A DNA stretch of 63,303 nt, counting the filler, from Octopus bimaculoides (lineage: Eukaryota): NCBI RefSeq assembly GCF_001194135.2. It is 5 parts of 5 records of this genome, joined end to end, with 100 filler letters (N's around TTAATTAATTAA, not from the genome) between each part and the next. Parts side by side here need not be neighbours in the genome. Positions count along the whole stretch, not along the records: positions 37,619 to 46,599 come from NC_068986.1; positions 46,700 to 59,680 come from NC_068984.1; 3 more parts are not named here. One strand, given 5' to 3'. Both the position numbers and the translations under genes were made by a program. Shown piece by piece: positions 41,560 to 54,779 of this stretch. How positions within the stretch are numbered: the stretch's first letter is position 1; the number at the start of each line of letters is the position of its first letter. The notes below the pieces were generated by a model that saw nothing but the letters and a program-made list of their open reading frames with translations, was not told the DNA's origin and searched no databases.

Positions 41560-41950
41560 ATCACCACTGTTTCTTATGAGGCAGAAACATAGAATCCGAC
41601 AAATGAACTGACAAGTAATATGTAAGCGTTTCAAGCATCCATATCAATCCATTATATCTGGGATAATGAGAAAAGACCATAAGCAACGGGGCAAAATCTA
41701 AACCGAACAAAACTCAATAATGTTGTCAAATCCATAACATCATTCAAATGGAGTTGCTTTGGAAACGTTCTGAAGTTAAGTAACGATACAGTAGTCAAAA
41801 GATGCTAGACTAAGATTCTATGAGACTTCAAAAGAAATAGTGGGCCACAACGACCAAAATGGAAAGATGTGTTGAATTAAACTGACAATTCGAGATCGAG
41901 CACCCAAAGCCGAACTAATTGACAGAGGGCATGGCTTTATCCAGCAATGG
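41560..41950 (+). mobile_element. Old RTE LINE C-terminal remnant
   Basis: ITSFKWSCFGNVLKL...KRNSGPQRPKWKDVL resembles KWRWAGHV.R...KR..GRP..RW.D. Confidence 0.6.
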
Positions 41951-42032
41951 CTCGTTTGGGTGATTAGAGTGTTAAGTGTCTGCATAGTAATCAGAAACGA
42001 GTGCATTTGAATAATCACCAAATTTCAATTAT

Positions 42033-42090
<58 letters not shown>

Positions 42091-42946
42091 NNNNNNNNNN
42101 NNNNNNNNNNNNNNNNNNNNNNNNNNNNNNNNNNNNNNNNNNNNNNNNNNNNNNNNNNNNNNNNNNNNNNNNNNNNNNNNNNNNNNNNNNNNNNNNNNNN
42201 NNNNNNNNNNNNNNNNNNNNNNNNNNNNNNNNNNNNNNNNATATATATGTATGTGTATATGTGTACCTGTGTGTATGACCAATTACATTACATAAATTTA
42301 AGATCCTTGATCTCCACAAATTCAATTAAATTTAAATAACGCTCCATTTAGACATATTAGTGTAAAGCATACAAAGTGGAAATAAAAAAAGAATAGAAAA
42401 AAACTAATAAGCGAAAACAAAAAAAAAGCAATTAATAGTTTCATATAAATGTTCTCTATTTTTCGTTTCTTGCTTTACTTTTTAATATTATGTACATTAT
42501 GTATATTTTTCTAGACAATTAAAATAATTTCGAATTCTAATCATTGGAAGACATTTTGTGTCATTGTTTAGTTTTTATAAAAGATTAAAACATAGACAAC
42601 GTTTCTCAAGAAACATCGTTTCTTACATACAGATTGAACCACTCATAACCACTCGTAACCACTCATACAAACTCATTCATATTTAAACGTACACCTAGCT
42701 GTCGTAAACACACTCATACATACAGAAACACTTGCAAAGCAACGTTATAAGATATCTTAAGACTAAGCGAAAATGATAGATAAGCACAATAAAAAAAATT
42801 GCGTAATTCTAAAGTCAATAAATTTTAAATATGTTTGCATGTGTTCGCTCCATCTTTCTCCTGTATCTCTCACTTTCCTCTCTCTTTGCATGTATACAAA
42901 CACACACACACACATACATACATACATACATACATACATACATACA

Positions 42947-42978
<32 letters not shown>

Positions 42979-44009
42979 CGTTGCTGGCGTATTAACAGGT
43001 GTTTGTTTGCAATACTATTATGCAATACAGAATATATCAATAGAGTTAACCATCTGTGTTTAGGGAGATGTACATATGAAAATAGTTTGCTCTCATATGC
43101 AATATCGTTCTGTACTGGACCGAATGAAATTTGATACTATATTGAGATTTATTGAGTAACTTCTGCTTTGTACACTAGTAAAACCGCTACTACACTATGT
43201 AACACAACGTTTGCCTTTGGGTAGCAACTGTTATTTCTCATTTCTTCACTACTAGAAAGTATGAAAAATGGCTAATATTTCCTTCAAACTGTTGTTGCAT
43301 TTATTCAAAAAGCCCAAAACCCCTTTCAACAAATATCTATAATTTCCCCCCGCTACACATGCTCATATTCAGAAATGCCCATATTTTCAACCACTCTAGG
43401 AACGTGGTTAAGATCAAGCGAATTTGTGGTATTGAGCAGAATGTTTGTTATAACGATATTTCTGCTTTAGCAACACAGCAATGAATCTGTCTGAAATGCA
43501 ATGGAAAATAGGTTAGTTTCAAAACGTTGATGTCCAGGTCTCAAAAGCTAAATTTGAAGTGAATAGTAGTTATTTCCTTTGATTTCTAGATAGAAGCAAA
43601 TAGGAAATAACACTGAACAAAGACAAACGATATTAAATATTTTTCACAGTGTTATTAGTGACTTCACTAAATCGGATAAACCGATAGAAATTTTCAAGTG
43701 CATCTTTTGTAGCTGGTATGATTAAAAAATGAGTAGTTATGTAAAAATATTTCTTTAATACAGTTATACTTTATAGTACATACACGGGAGACTTAAGTTA
43801 GCAAATAGCTAGGACGTTCTCAGAACGCTGGGTGACGTACTGAGAACCAACTCATCAATGCTCTGATCAGTTAGGCAAAACAATATCCTGCTCTTGTACA
43901 TTAATTATTGACCCACAAATAATGGAAGGCGACCTTGATCTTGCCAGGATTGGAACAGAACAAATACCCCTCGGTAATCTATTCTACTTTGTAATGATTC
44001 TCAATTCGT

Positions 44010-44206
<197 letters not shown>

Positions 44207-44363
44207 NNNNNNNNNNNNNNNNNNNNNNNNNNNNNNNNNNNNNNNNNNNNNNNNNNNNNNNNNNNNNNNNNNNNNNNNNNNNNNNNNNNNNNNNNNNNNN
44301 NNNNNNNNNNNNNNNNNNNNNNNNNNNNNNNNNNNNNNNNNNNNNNNNNNNNNNNNNNNNNNN

Positions 44364-44588
44364 AAAATTTAGCACATAAATACATATGCATGCATCTAGA
44401 CATAAAATGGCATCCATAAAACAAACATACAAATCTGTGCATACACTAACACAAAATACTGCACACACACACACATATGCACAAATACACACACATATGC
44501 ACAAATACCTAGATGAAGGAGCCTTGAATCTATGTTAGAGTCCGGTTCTTTCTCTATGGACAAGAAATACAGAAATGAAACTGATTGA
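44364..44588 (+). mobile_element. 3'UTR end of the (CATA)n-associated RLE family, diverged copy
   Basis: GGAGCCTTGAATCTATGTTAGAGTCCGG...GAAATGAAACTGATTGA aligns with 44866-44938 and is followed by (CATA)n. Confidence 0.75.
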
Positions 44589-44618
44589 CATACATACATA
44601 CATACATACATACATACA

Positions 44619-44938
44619 AATACCAATCTTGAGGTATTAGATTCCTCAAAACCAGAAAGAAGAAAGTTGATTCGAAGACTACAGATCCACGCCATCACTG
44701 GAACTGTAAAAATATGCAAGTCTTTCCAGAAGTTAATCATTTAAATATATATGTACATGTCTAGGCATGTATGAGAATACACACATTATACAAAACATAC
44801 AAATCTACAAACATACATACATACACACAAAAATACCCTGTTGATGTTGTTGAAATTGCAATGTCGGAGCCTTGTATCTAGGCTAGAAACCGGCTCTTTT
44901 ATATTGGCAAGAAATCATGAAATAAAACTGAATAATAG
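44619..44938 (+). mobile_element. 5'-truncated copy of the (CATA)n-associated RLE family
   Basis: Homologous to 3675-4066 (ITGTVKICKSFQKLII* plus 3'UTR), with (CATA)n on both sides. Confidence 0.9.
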
Positions 44939-46599
44939 CATACATACATACATACATACATACACACACACACATAGTCAATACAATCGCCGTCTACCCC
45001 ATCGAAATCCTATCTTTGTAAAATTTCTCTCTCCCTTCCTCTCAATCTTTCCCTTTCACTCACCTTGTCTGTCTATATATGCACAACTTCTTTCTTCAAA
45101 ATGTAGACAAGAATATTATTTAAATATTTACGAAAGAAAATTTTAAATGAATTGCCAATTTGCAATTTTTTTTATACATATATTTATTTTTTTACGATAG
45201 AAGCATTATTCTCTACGATGCTACCGACATAAATTAGCGACATCATACTGTTGAGAAATGAAAAGAGAAATCTGTAATAACGATGCTTAATAACTGACAT
45301 TTAAGCATTTACTCGTTCGTATCACTTCCTCGAGAGATAAACCTTACTTTCGTACATTCTTCACTTCATTTTGTTTACTTTTCAATCCCGCAGTTATATT
45401 TTCTTAAAGAAACAGACCACTGTATTTTTTAACAAAACAACTAACAATGACTTGCTAATGTGCAACAGAGCGACTGAGGTGGATGAAAATATATATGTGA
45501 ACTTCCATAAAATATAATCAAGACGGGAAATGATTTTGTTTTCATTTTTTATTTACTTTGAAGTATACTATGAGATAAAGTGAAAATGTATTTCCCCCAA
45601 CAATGTGTATATGACGTTATATAGCGTATATGCTTACACATATGTGCTATTTAGTTCGTTTTAATCTTTAGTCTGTCACGTACACCAGATCGCCTCATAC
45701 ATGTATGTATGTATGTATGTATGTCTGCATGTATGTATGTATAGAGTCAACAGATGATATTCGGAGATGCTCAATATAGAAGACATTCAGCAGCACTAAA
45801 GTGATTTGAACTTACAGTCCGAAATCTTTACCGAGGATCAAATCCGCAGGATAGAGAATGGCTATAAGATGAATCCAGGTGGGCAGATATGGATGCAAAT
45901 AAACAGATAAAACCGCTTGGGTTTAATATACAAATATACATATACGTAAATAAAAAGAATGCAAAGATTGATAATTTCAACACCATGAATATCCAAGTAT
46001 AAATAAATATATAAATATCTATTAACAGAGCAAACTTACAGACTACAAAGATACAGAAAGTTAAAGTGGGGTAAGTATAATGTTACATGTCCGACAGTTG
46101 TTTCTGGAGGTTCGGAGTTACTCCATAGTATTGGCAAATGTTGTTCAGAAAAATATGCATCCAGTGATGGAGCAAACTAAACATTGGGTAGATCAGGCCC
46201 CCATCTTCACAGTGCATATTTCTTTTTTTACAACACATCTATTATTTTTTTATTTTTTTTTTTTGCAATGCTACTTTCTAACAACAGCTCGTCTCTTTTA
46301 GGCTTTAAATTACGGAATAGAGAGACACAAGAAGTCCCAGATGGCTACCGGAAGATAGGCTGCTATTAGTCAAAGTGGGTCATATAGCGTTATCGAAGGG
46401 TATCTGTTGCTCTGCGACACCAGTTCGTTTAAAAATGGAATTTCTTTGACTGCATGGGTGGACAGTGAGCTGGTGGTGACTATATATCTGGGTGTGGCAG
46501 AAGTAAGGCCGGCAAGCTTGTGCTTGTGTATGTGTGTGTCTGTGTATGTGTGTGCGCGTGTGTCTGCGTGTGTGTGCATGCACATACACACTGATATAT

Positions 46600-46699
46600 N
46601 NNNNNNNNNNNNNNNNNNNNNNNNNNNNNNNNNNNNNNNNNNNTTAATTAATTAANNNNNNNNNNNNNNNNNNNNNNNNNNNNNNNNNNNNNNNNNNNN
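46600..46699. other. Artificial 100-bp scaffolding spacer N44-TTAATTAATTAA-N44 (also at 12040-12139, 37519-37618, 59681-59780)
   Basis: The identical layout occurs four times, and the 12-mer gives stops in all six frames. Confidence 0.95.
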
Positions 46700-46739
46700 A
46701 AAAAAACAGTCAATGAGTGGAAATAACCGATAAACTAAT

Positions 46740-46909
46740 TCCTTATGAGATTTCCCAATCAAATTGCCAGCAAACCATTTTCAGCCAAACCAATTTCAAT
46801 GGATTTCGCTCAAATCTGATGTCGATGTTACTTATTTTGGTTTGAAATAAAACACTTGATCACTTAATAATCCTAGCTTAATCCTGGGCAACACCGGGCT
46901 ATACTGCTA

Positions 46910-46911
<2 letters not shown>
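46740..46911 (+). mobile_element. Helitron-like 3' terminus
   Basis: GC hairpin CCTGGG-CAACA-CCGGG (46883-46898), then CTAG|T about 8 nt downstream. Confidence 0.65.
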
Positions 46912-46948
<37 letters not shown>

Positions 46949-47528
46949 CATAATCATATATGCACACACACACACACACACAATGTCTTTGATTTAGTCC
47001 ACCTGAGCATATTGGAATAAGGGCAAGCACCCAGACAATGATGTGTACAATCCCTATTGTTTCTATTGGAGTAATTCTCTTACAGGTGGTTGTAGAAATG
47101 GGCACAGAGGGTTAGCTTGGATATCATACTTGAATAACAGACGCGGAAAATCTTATTAGTACTCTTCAGTACATTAGAGTTAGCTATGATTGGTTTATTG
47201 TGTGGAGTTAATAGTGTTAACAAGATTTTGAGTGTGGTGTTTCGGATATCGTTTATTTTATTGGAGAAGCCTTTGGTATGCATATGTGGGGGGCTGGATG
47301 GATTTGCAATTCTGGATAATTACAGGAATTATTAGGGCCATTGCCTTTTCTTTTATGTTTTGTGTCTAATGTGATCAACTGAATTTTGAGGCAAGAATTG
47401 AAGGAATATCTAGGTTACAGGTGTGATGCAATGTTTCACCCAGCTCCAACAGATTTTGAACTTGTATCATTAACAATGGAATGTATGACAGGTACTAGTG
47501 ATTTCTAAGATGATCTAAAATCCCTTAC

Positions 47529-47598
47529 CGAAGGTAGGTTCTTCTGGAATGAGATCATGGATAAAATAACCGGGGCAGCTGTTTGCCAGTTGTAAAAT
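47529..47598 (-). CDS. LPIN: Lipin next exon (middle domain continuation)
   Basis: 70-nt exon with acceptor ttgtatttcag| and donor TCG|gtaagg. It joins the upstream exon in phase (CA+A = Gln), giving QFYNWQTAAPVILSMISFQKNLPS, which matches lipin YYNW..AAP.ILS...FQK.LP. Confidence 0.93.
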
Positions 47599-47794
47599 CT
47601 GAAATACAAAAATAAGATACAAAAATTATATATATGTATGTATCTATACATATAATATATGTCTATATGTATAATATTTACACATAATTATTTGTAGCTT
47701 TATCTTACTTTGAGGTCAACCGTTTAAAATGAATTATTTCACATTCTCTCAAAGTTTCTAAATTCTTATGTGCATATATATGTATGCATGTATG

Positions 47795-47845
<51 letters not shown>

Positions 47846-47892
47846 CACACACACACACACACAAACATTATGCACACACGCATATATATAGG

Positions 47893-48238
47893 GTAAAGGG
47901 TAAAGACCCCCTTCCCCCTTTGGTCATGAATGACCATGAGATTGCACCTAGAAAGTTACCCTCTGAAGCAAAACTCTGGGCAAGGTTGTTTACAGATGAC
48001 CAGCAGTTGCCCATGCATACCATCCTCCCCTCTCCACACCACCAGGGGAAAGGCAAAGGCTGACATAGCTTGGCACCAGTGATATTGCAACTCAATTCTA
48101 CAGCTAATCGAACTGGAGCAATGTGAAATAAAGTGTCTTGCTCAAGCAAGAACATAATACACAGCCCAGTCTGGAAATTGAACTCACTACCTCATGATTG
48201 TGAGCCCGATGCTCTAACCACTGAGCCATGCACCTTCA
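47893..48238 (-). mobile_element. tRNA-derived SINE with (TTTACC) tail
   Basis: Reverse complement reads GGCTCAGTGGTTAGAGCATCGGGCTCACAATC...GAGTTCAATTTCC; core shared with 18656. Confidence 0.8.
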
Positions 48239-49299
48239 CACACACACACACACACACACACATTATTCAACACCCTTCATAACACATACATACACTCTAT
48301 GAGAGGTCATGAAGGATACATTTTTCTTTTATAATTGTCTATATTATTTTGTGGGTAGGTGAGAATACATTACAATGCTGAATATTGTCTTAAGTTTTGT
48401 GTTTAAACCTGAGATTGATTTTGTCATTCTTCCAAGCACAATAAAATGCTGTTAGTAATATGTATTTGAGTGATTATACTTTGCCTTTATAAAAGACTGA
48501 TCTTTGATTTTGTGGAAATTAATTGATAGTGGTAGTAATAGTTGTAATAGTAGTTATAGAAATAACAACAATAATAATAATTCTTTCTAATTTTGGCACA
48601 AAGCAAGAAATTTCGAGGAGAGGAAGCAAGTCAATTACATTTTACATAGGACTTGCCTGGTTCTTATTTCATTGACCCAGTAATATTCCAACCATATGCC
48701 TGTCTTCTTAAGGCACAAAATTTGACATGAAAAATGAAAAATAGACATAAATGAAGAAATTCAAAAATTCTGCTGGACTATCCTGTTCCTTTTTAGACAA
48801 AAAGATGTTATCAAATTTCACTGGTCAAAGCAAGAAAAAAGAAAGAAAACTCTTAGTCAAAAATATTTGTATAAATTTGATAGAACTCTCCTGCAATTTT
48901 GTTCATTTCCCCAGGGTGGGGCACTAGTAACTTACAAATATATTTGACTTCATGCATTTTGAGGACTGAAATTTCAGTTAAGTCAAAATATTTTAAGTAC
49001 TTTAAAGTGTTTGTCAAATTTATAGCTGCTTAGAATAAAATGCTTCACAAGTTCCACTGAAGTAGTGTAATTATTGTATTAGGATTGACATCATACCTAA
49101 GTTCATAAAATTTTTTATTTAATGTTTCTGTTGTGCAACTAACACAAATCAAGTTGTGTTTGATGTATTCAGGAAGACAGACATACTGCTGAAATATTGC
49201 TCAATAAACAAAATCAGCCTGTATTTTATTATGTATCACACTCTTCTAACTGTGTATTTATCTTTATCAGAGAGAATAGAGATATGGTAGGTGAGGAAT

Positions 49300-50408
49300 G
49301 TGTGTGAATAGATAATAGTATGCTTGCACTCAGAGAAGAAAGATGCATGGAGATGCCATTATGAAAGGTTGTTAAATGTGGAGAATGATTGGGAGAAGGA
49401 GAGTCTTTCAAATGTTGAACCAATTGAGGGACCAGCCATCAGAGTGGACAGCAGTATAATAGATAAGGCAATTAAGAAAATGAAGACTGGGAAAGCCCCT
49501 GGACCATCATGTGTTACTACTGAGATGATTAACTTCACCCACTCTACCCTAAGAAACCGAATTACAACTCCTCTTCTAACTGCATCTTTCTCTTTCTCAC
49601 ATTTCCTCTTCATAAATTATGATTGCTTTCCAATCCCCTTTCTTGCCCTCACTGCATCGCTGCTCCCCACACCCCCAACGCCCACACTCTATTTTTCTAA
49701 CCAGGTTCAACGCTCATATTCTTGTTACTTGTTACATCATCTCTCTTCTACGCTCCTTCCCTTTGGTCACTCTCTCTCCTTCTCTTGTTTTTCATGACTA
49801 GGTAACCAAGTATCTCCTTTACATCAGCACACTTGTTTCTGTTCTCTTTCTTTTACCTCTCACTCACTGGGTAACCATGTACCTCCTCTATAGCAAGACA
49901 CCTATTTCTGCCTCTTTATTTCTCTGTTACACTCTAACATTTCATCATTTGATACTGGATCACCTCCTCTAATGCCTTCTCTGCTGTGGTAAGACACCTG
50001 CTTCTGTCTTTCTGTCTCTTTGTTACACTCTAACCTGTCACACTCCGACACAAGTTCTCATCCTCAAATGCCCTGCTCCTCTCATATTTCCTTGTCTTGT
50101 GAGTTACTTGGTTGCCCTGCCAGTGCTGGTGCCACATTAAAAGCATCCAGTGCACATTGTAATGTGGTTAGTGTTTGGAAAGGCATCCAGCTACAAAAAT
50201 CATGCCAAAACTAACTTCACCTGTGCTAATGCCACGTAAAGAGCACTGAGTTCACTCTGTAGAGTGGTTGGTGTTAGGAAGGGCATCGAACTATAGAATC
50301 TCTATGAAAGCAGACACAGTAGCCTAGGGTAGTTTTTCTACCTGGCCAACTCCTGTCATCCATCCTACTCATGCATGCATAGAAGATGGACATTAAACGA
50401 TGATGATA
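49300..50408 (+). mobile_element. RTE LINE pieces: pre-RT coding fragment (49300-49530) joined to 3'UTR-like sequence with a GAT tail
   Basis: WRCHYERLLNVENDW...KAIKKMKTGKAPGPS; ends GGACATTAAACGATGATGAT, like 58587. Confidence 0.8.
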
Positions 50409-50462
50409 ACCTTTGGAAAGAGTAACATCAATCTTCATAAATTATTATTATTATTATTATTT

Positions 50463-51418
50463 TTATATACACACAACAGATTAGACTGTTGGAAATGAAA
50501 AAATCCTAACAATCCTATCTCTTGCTAATAACACTGTTTTCTGGAGCTGTAATAAACTGGGTTTTATACCTATTTCCTCTATCCGTCTGTTTCGCTCTTT
50601 AGGGATAGTTCCCAATGCACCTATAACTACTGGGATACATTTTACCTGCACTTTCTATAGTCTCTGTAATTCAATGGCTAGGTCCTGGTACTTTGCTATT
50701 TTTTCTATACCTCTCATATTAATTTTTCATCATTTGGGACTGTAAAGTCAATTATTTGGCACTTTCTATTCTCTTTATTTACTACTACTATATCAGGCCT
50801 TCTAGCTACTATTATTCTGTCAGTCGCAAAGTTAAAGTCCCACAACATCTTGTATTTCTTACTTTCTAGTACTTTACTAGGCTCGTGTTCATACTATTTA
50901 TTAATATGTTCAAATCCTAGCTTTCTACATAACTCCCAGTGGATTACTCTCCCTAGGTTGTCATGTCTTTTCTTGTAGTCTTTCTGTGAATACATTCACA
51001 TACTATATGAGTAACGGTTTCCTCTTTTGATTTGCGCTTTTATCCAATTAGTCAATTAGTCCTTAATGCCTGATCTAATGCAGCTACTAACAAACTTTCT
51101 GTCTCCTCATTTCAGCTTTCCTTTCTGCAACCATAGCCATTTGCTGCAACTATCTTTGGGAATCTACCATGCAACGCCTTCTCCTGCCAGTCAGATAATT
51201 TCTGTTCATTTTTAACTTCATTTGGGTTTTTGCTTTCCCTATGTATTGCTGTGACTCTAGCAGCTTTTAATTAACTTTCTTCACTAATACCTACATAGGA
51301 GTCTATATCTACTCTAGCTAACTCCACGCAGTCTTCTACTGATATTAACCCTCTCCACCTTCCTTTCTAGGTAAGTATAATCTTGCTACTCCTACCCTTA
51401 GGTGGAGTTCTCCATTCA
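50463..51418 (-). mobile_element. Dong-like RLE retrotransposon with (TAA)n tail, 5'-truncated and decayed
   Basis: ARLYLPRKEGG; MLWDFNFATDRIIVARRPDIVVVNKENRKCQIIDFTVPND; IPVVIGALGTIPK; (TAA)n at 50443-50460. Confidence 0.9.
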
Positions 51419-51424
51419 TATTAT

Positions 51425-51590
51425 TATCATTATCATCATCATCATCATCATCGTTTAACGCCCACTTTCCATGCTAGCATGGGTTGGACGATTTGACTGA
51501 GGACTGGTGAAACCGGATGGCAACACCAGGCTCCAATCTAATTTGGCAGAGTTTCTACAGCTGGATGCCCTTCCTAACGCCAACCACTCA
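51425..51590 (-). mobile_element. RTE 3' tail
   Basis: Matches 58587-58800. Confidence 0.85.
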
Positions 51591-51652
51591 GAATAATAAT
51601 AAAAGACCTTAAGAAAAGCACAATGCAGTTTGGGGCATCGTTTATTTAACGG

Positions 51653-51696
51653 TTTGAACAATATTTCAACAAATCATTGTCTTCTTCAGGTTCAAA
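51653..51696 (-). ncRNA. Minimal type I hammerhead in the inverted pLTR
   Basis: TTTGAAC | CTGAAGA | A GAC..GTT | GAA-ATAT-T | GTTCAAA. Stem I is a perfect 7 bp and stem III is palindromic (ATAT). Confidence 0.75.
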
Positions 51697-52292
51697 ATGT
51701 AAAATGAAAAAACTGCAGAAACATAGAAATTCAAAATATAAATGAAGAAATCTTGCATTCCTATTTAGATAAAAGGACATCATCAGTTTTCCACACCCAT
51801 AACTGATGAAAGGAAAAAGAAAAAAAAAGAAAATATAAGAAAAAGAATACTTAGTTGAATAGTTTTGTGTAACTGTGATGAAATTCACCTGTCATTTTAT
51901 TCATTCCTTATTTAAAATTTTGCCTTGAGAACAATAAATTTGTTCCTTTTCTAGAATAAAAGTTTTTCAAATGCCAACAAAAATTAAAGAAGTCACTCAC
52001 TTTTTATCACCCACCCACCCCAAAATGGATACTCTCACATAAACATTCACAACAATTTTTGTCACCCAATAGGTTCCATGTTTTAAGTGAATAATTCAAA
52101 CAAAAATTAAAAGATAGTCAGAAATCAAATGAAAGTAAGACTGTGGAAAACACTTGCCGAAGAAAATCCATCACATAAGAGAACAAGTTGGTTATAACTT
52201 TATCTAAGCTAAATCTTTCAAAAGACAATATCTCTGTCTTAGATCTTGGATTGAGTTTCTGCCCAAGCATTAAGAATTTTGGCAAAAATAAA

Positions 52293-52680
52293 CTAGGCAT
52301 AGCTGCGGCTGTGTAGTAAGAAACTTGCTTCCCAACCACATGGTTCCTGGTTCAGTCCCACTGTGTGGCACCTTGGGCAAGTGTCTTCTATTATAGCCTT
52401 GGGCAGATCAAAGCCTTGTGAGTGGATTTGGTGGACAGAAACTGAAAGAAGCCTATCATGTATGTATGTGTGTGTATGTTCGTCCCCCACCACTACTTGA
52501 CAATCAGCGTTGATGTAGTTATGTCCCCGTAACTTAGCAGTTTGGCAAAAGAGATTGATAGAATAAGTACTAGGCTTAAAAAAAAGTAAAATAAAAAATA
52601 AGTACGGGGGTCAACTCATTTGGCTAAAAATTCTTCAAGGCAGTGCCCCAGCATGGCTGCGATCTAATGAGTGAAACAAG
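52293..52680 (+). mobile_element. SINE, dominant family, inserted in the PLE ORF and CpG-eroded
   Basis: Homology to 5770-6287. Confidence 0.9.
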
Positions 52681-54422
52681 TACGGTCAGAACAAAGAACA
52701 CCTGTATTTTATGGTCACCTCAAAGTACCCAATAAGTTTGAAAAAACCCAATCTGCAGTGGATATGAATGTTGTACAGCCAAAATTTCAGAGTGGCTGGA
52801 TGGCTTTCTACTCCCTGTAGCAAAAAGATCAAGTTCCTATATTTAAGATACCTTTGATTTTGTATCCAAAGTTAACAACTTTTCTAAGCATTGAAGTAGT
52901 GTTGGAAACAGATTTTTGGTAACCATGGATGTTTCTTCACTATACCCCAATATTGACCCCGATGGGGAGGGGGGAGACGCTAGTATGCATGAATGCCTTT
53001 GAAAAATGACAAACAAAAGTATTCAATCTAATTTTCTCTGTAAATTATTGAAGTTTGTGTTACAATGAAGTTTGGACAAAAATTTTACCACCAGACAAGG
53101 GTTGCACCATGGGTACTCCCATGGCAGTTAATTTCATTAAAATCTTCATGCCGAAATTTGAAACACAATTAATGAAGACAGTCAAATCCCTGCATGGTCA
53201 TGAACCAATACTCTAGTTATGGTTCATTGATGATATCTTTCTTGTCTGGGAAGGACCACAAGACAATTTAGTTAACTTCTAGCATTTCTGTCACTGTTAC
53301 ACAAAAAACTACGGTCTAATGTAAAATTTGTGTCTAGTCTTTCAAAAATTAGCACTGGGTCTTTGGACACAAAAGTTTTCAGAAGACAGAATAGTGACAG
53401 AGTTATCTTGCAAGTCTATGTCAGCCCACATTTACCTTCACCACTGCTCTGATCATCCACATCATATAATTAGGTCAAATCTAAAATCTCAATTTTTGAG
53501 AATAAAACAGATCTGTATTGATACAGGGGATTACTGGAAACACGCAAATGTTTTTGTATGCCATTATGTCAAATGTGGTTACAATGAATCATGATTAAAG
53601 GAAATTGCAAATGACATAGCTAAAATTAGCAAGGAAAGTCAAACTTCCATATGTAATTTTAGCAGCCAATGTAAAATTTGTCATAAAATTCCAAAATTTT
53701 GCTGGTATTTTTAAATTGTTGCATAAAAGTTACCAGCATATTGCAGAAACAAATATTCTCTCAGCCACCTATTGTAGCATTTAGACACAATAAAAATATT
53801 AACCACTACTTCTAACTCCAAGAAAACTACCATTGGAGTTTGTGAATGCTGCACCTTGAAAAACAGCCACAAGAGAGGTAAGTCCTGCTCGTTGTGCAAC
53901 AATATGAGTCAAGTCAATTCCATCACAGATCATAACAGAAATATTATGACTGATGCAGGAGGTAGGATATGTAAAAATTCCCATTTAGTATACACAACAT
54001 AATGCATCAAACACAACTTGATTTATGTTGGTTGTATAACAGAACAATTAAATAAAAGATTTAACAGGCTTAGATATGACGTCAGGCACAATAGCAGTAG
54101 TTCAAAAGAACTTGCTGAATATTTTACATCAAACGGCTGCAAGTGCACATTCTCAGAAAATATTCTGACTGTACAACACTTTCAGTCCTCAAAATGCATG
54201 AGAACAAACATATTTGTGAATAACTAGCATCAGGCGGAATGAATAAGATGATAGATGAATTTCATCTCATTTACACAAAACTGTTCAATGAAGTATTTTT
54301 TTTCTATTTTTACCAGTTATGAACATGAAAGCTAATGACATCATTTTATCTAAATAGGAATGCAGGATTTCTTTGTTTACATTTTAAATTTCTGAGTTTT
54401 TGTGGTTTTTTTCATTTTACAT

Positions 54423-54470
54423 TTTGAACCTGAAGAAGACCAACGACGATCTGTTGAAATATTGCTCAAA
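54423..54470 (+). ncRNA. Minimal type I hammerhead in the 3' pLTR
   Basis: TTTGAAC | CTGAAGA | A GAC..GTT | GAA-ATAT-T | GCTCAAA, with one stem I mismatch. Confidence 0.7.
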
Positions 54471-54509
54471 CCATTAAATAAAGAATATTACAAATCACAT
54501 CACACTCTT

Positions 54510-54725
54510 CTTATTGCGTGACTTGCCAGTGTCATGTAAATGGCACATGTGCTGGTAGTATGTAAAAAGCACCCATTACACTATCAGAGTGCTTGGTGTT
54601 AGGAAAGGCATCCAGCCATAAAACGCATTCCAAATCAGACTGGAACCTGGTGCAACCCTTCAGCTTACCAGTTTCAGTCAAACCATCTAACCAATGCCAG
54701 CATGGAAAGTGGATGTTAAATGAAT
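54510..54725 (+). mobile_element. Old RTE 3' tail
   Basis: GTTAGGAAAGGCATCCAG...CAGCATGGAAAGTGGATGTTAAATGA. Confidence 0.75.
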
Positions 54726-54744
54726 AAAAATAATAATAATAATG

Positions 54745-54779
<35 letters not shown>

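Larger units (their letters stand above)
51615..54500 (+). mobile_element. Penelope-like element, decayed but extensive, with inverted terminal repeats (51615-51908 and 54236-54500)
   Basis: LSKDNISVLDLGLSFCP; TPVFYGHLK; MDVSSLYPNI; MGTPMAVNF; FIDDIFLVW; HCSDHPHH; LIYVGCITEQLNKRF. Confidence 0.9.

Noticed and set aside
51425-54725. Inverted RTE tails just outside both PLE arms, as part of one composite element
   Set aside because: The two tails are too diverged from each other and are more likely independent insertions.
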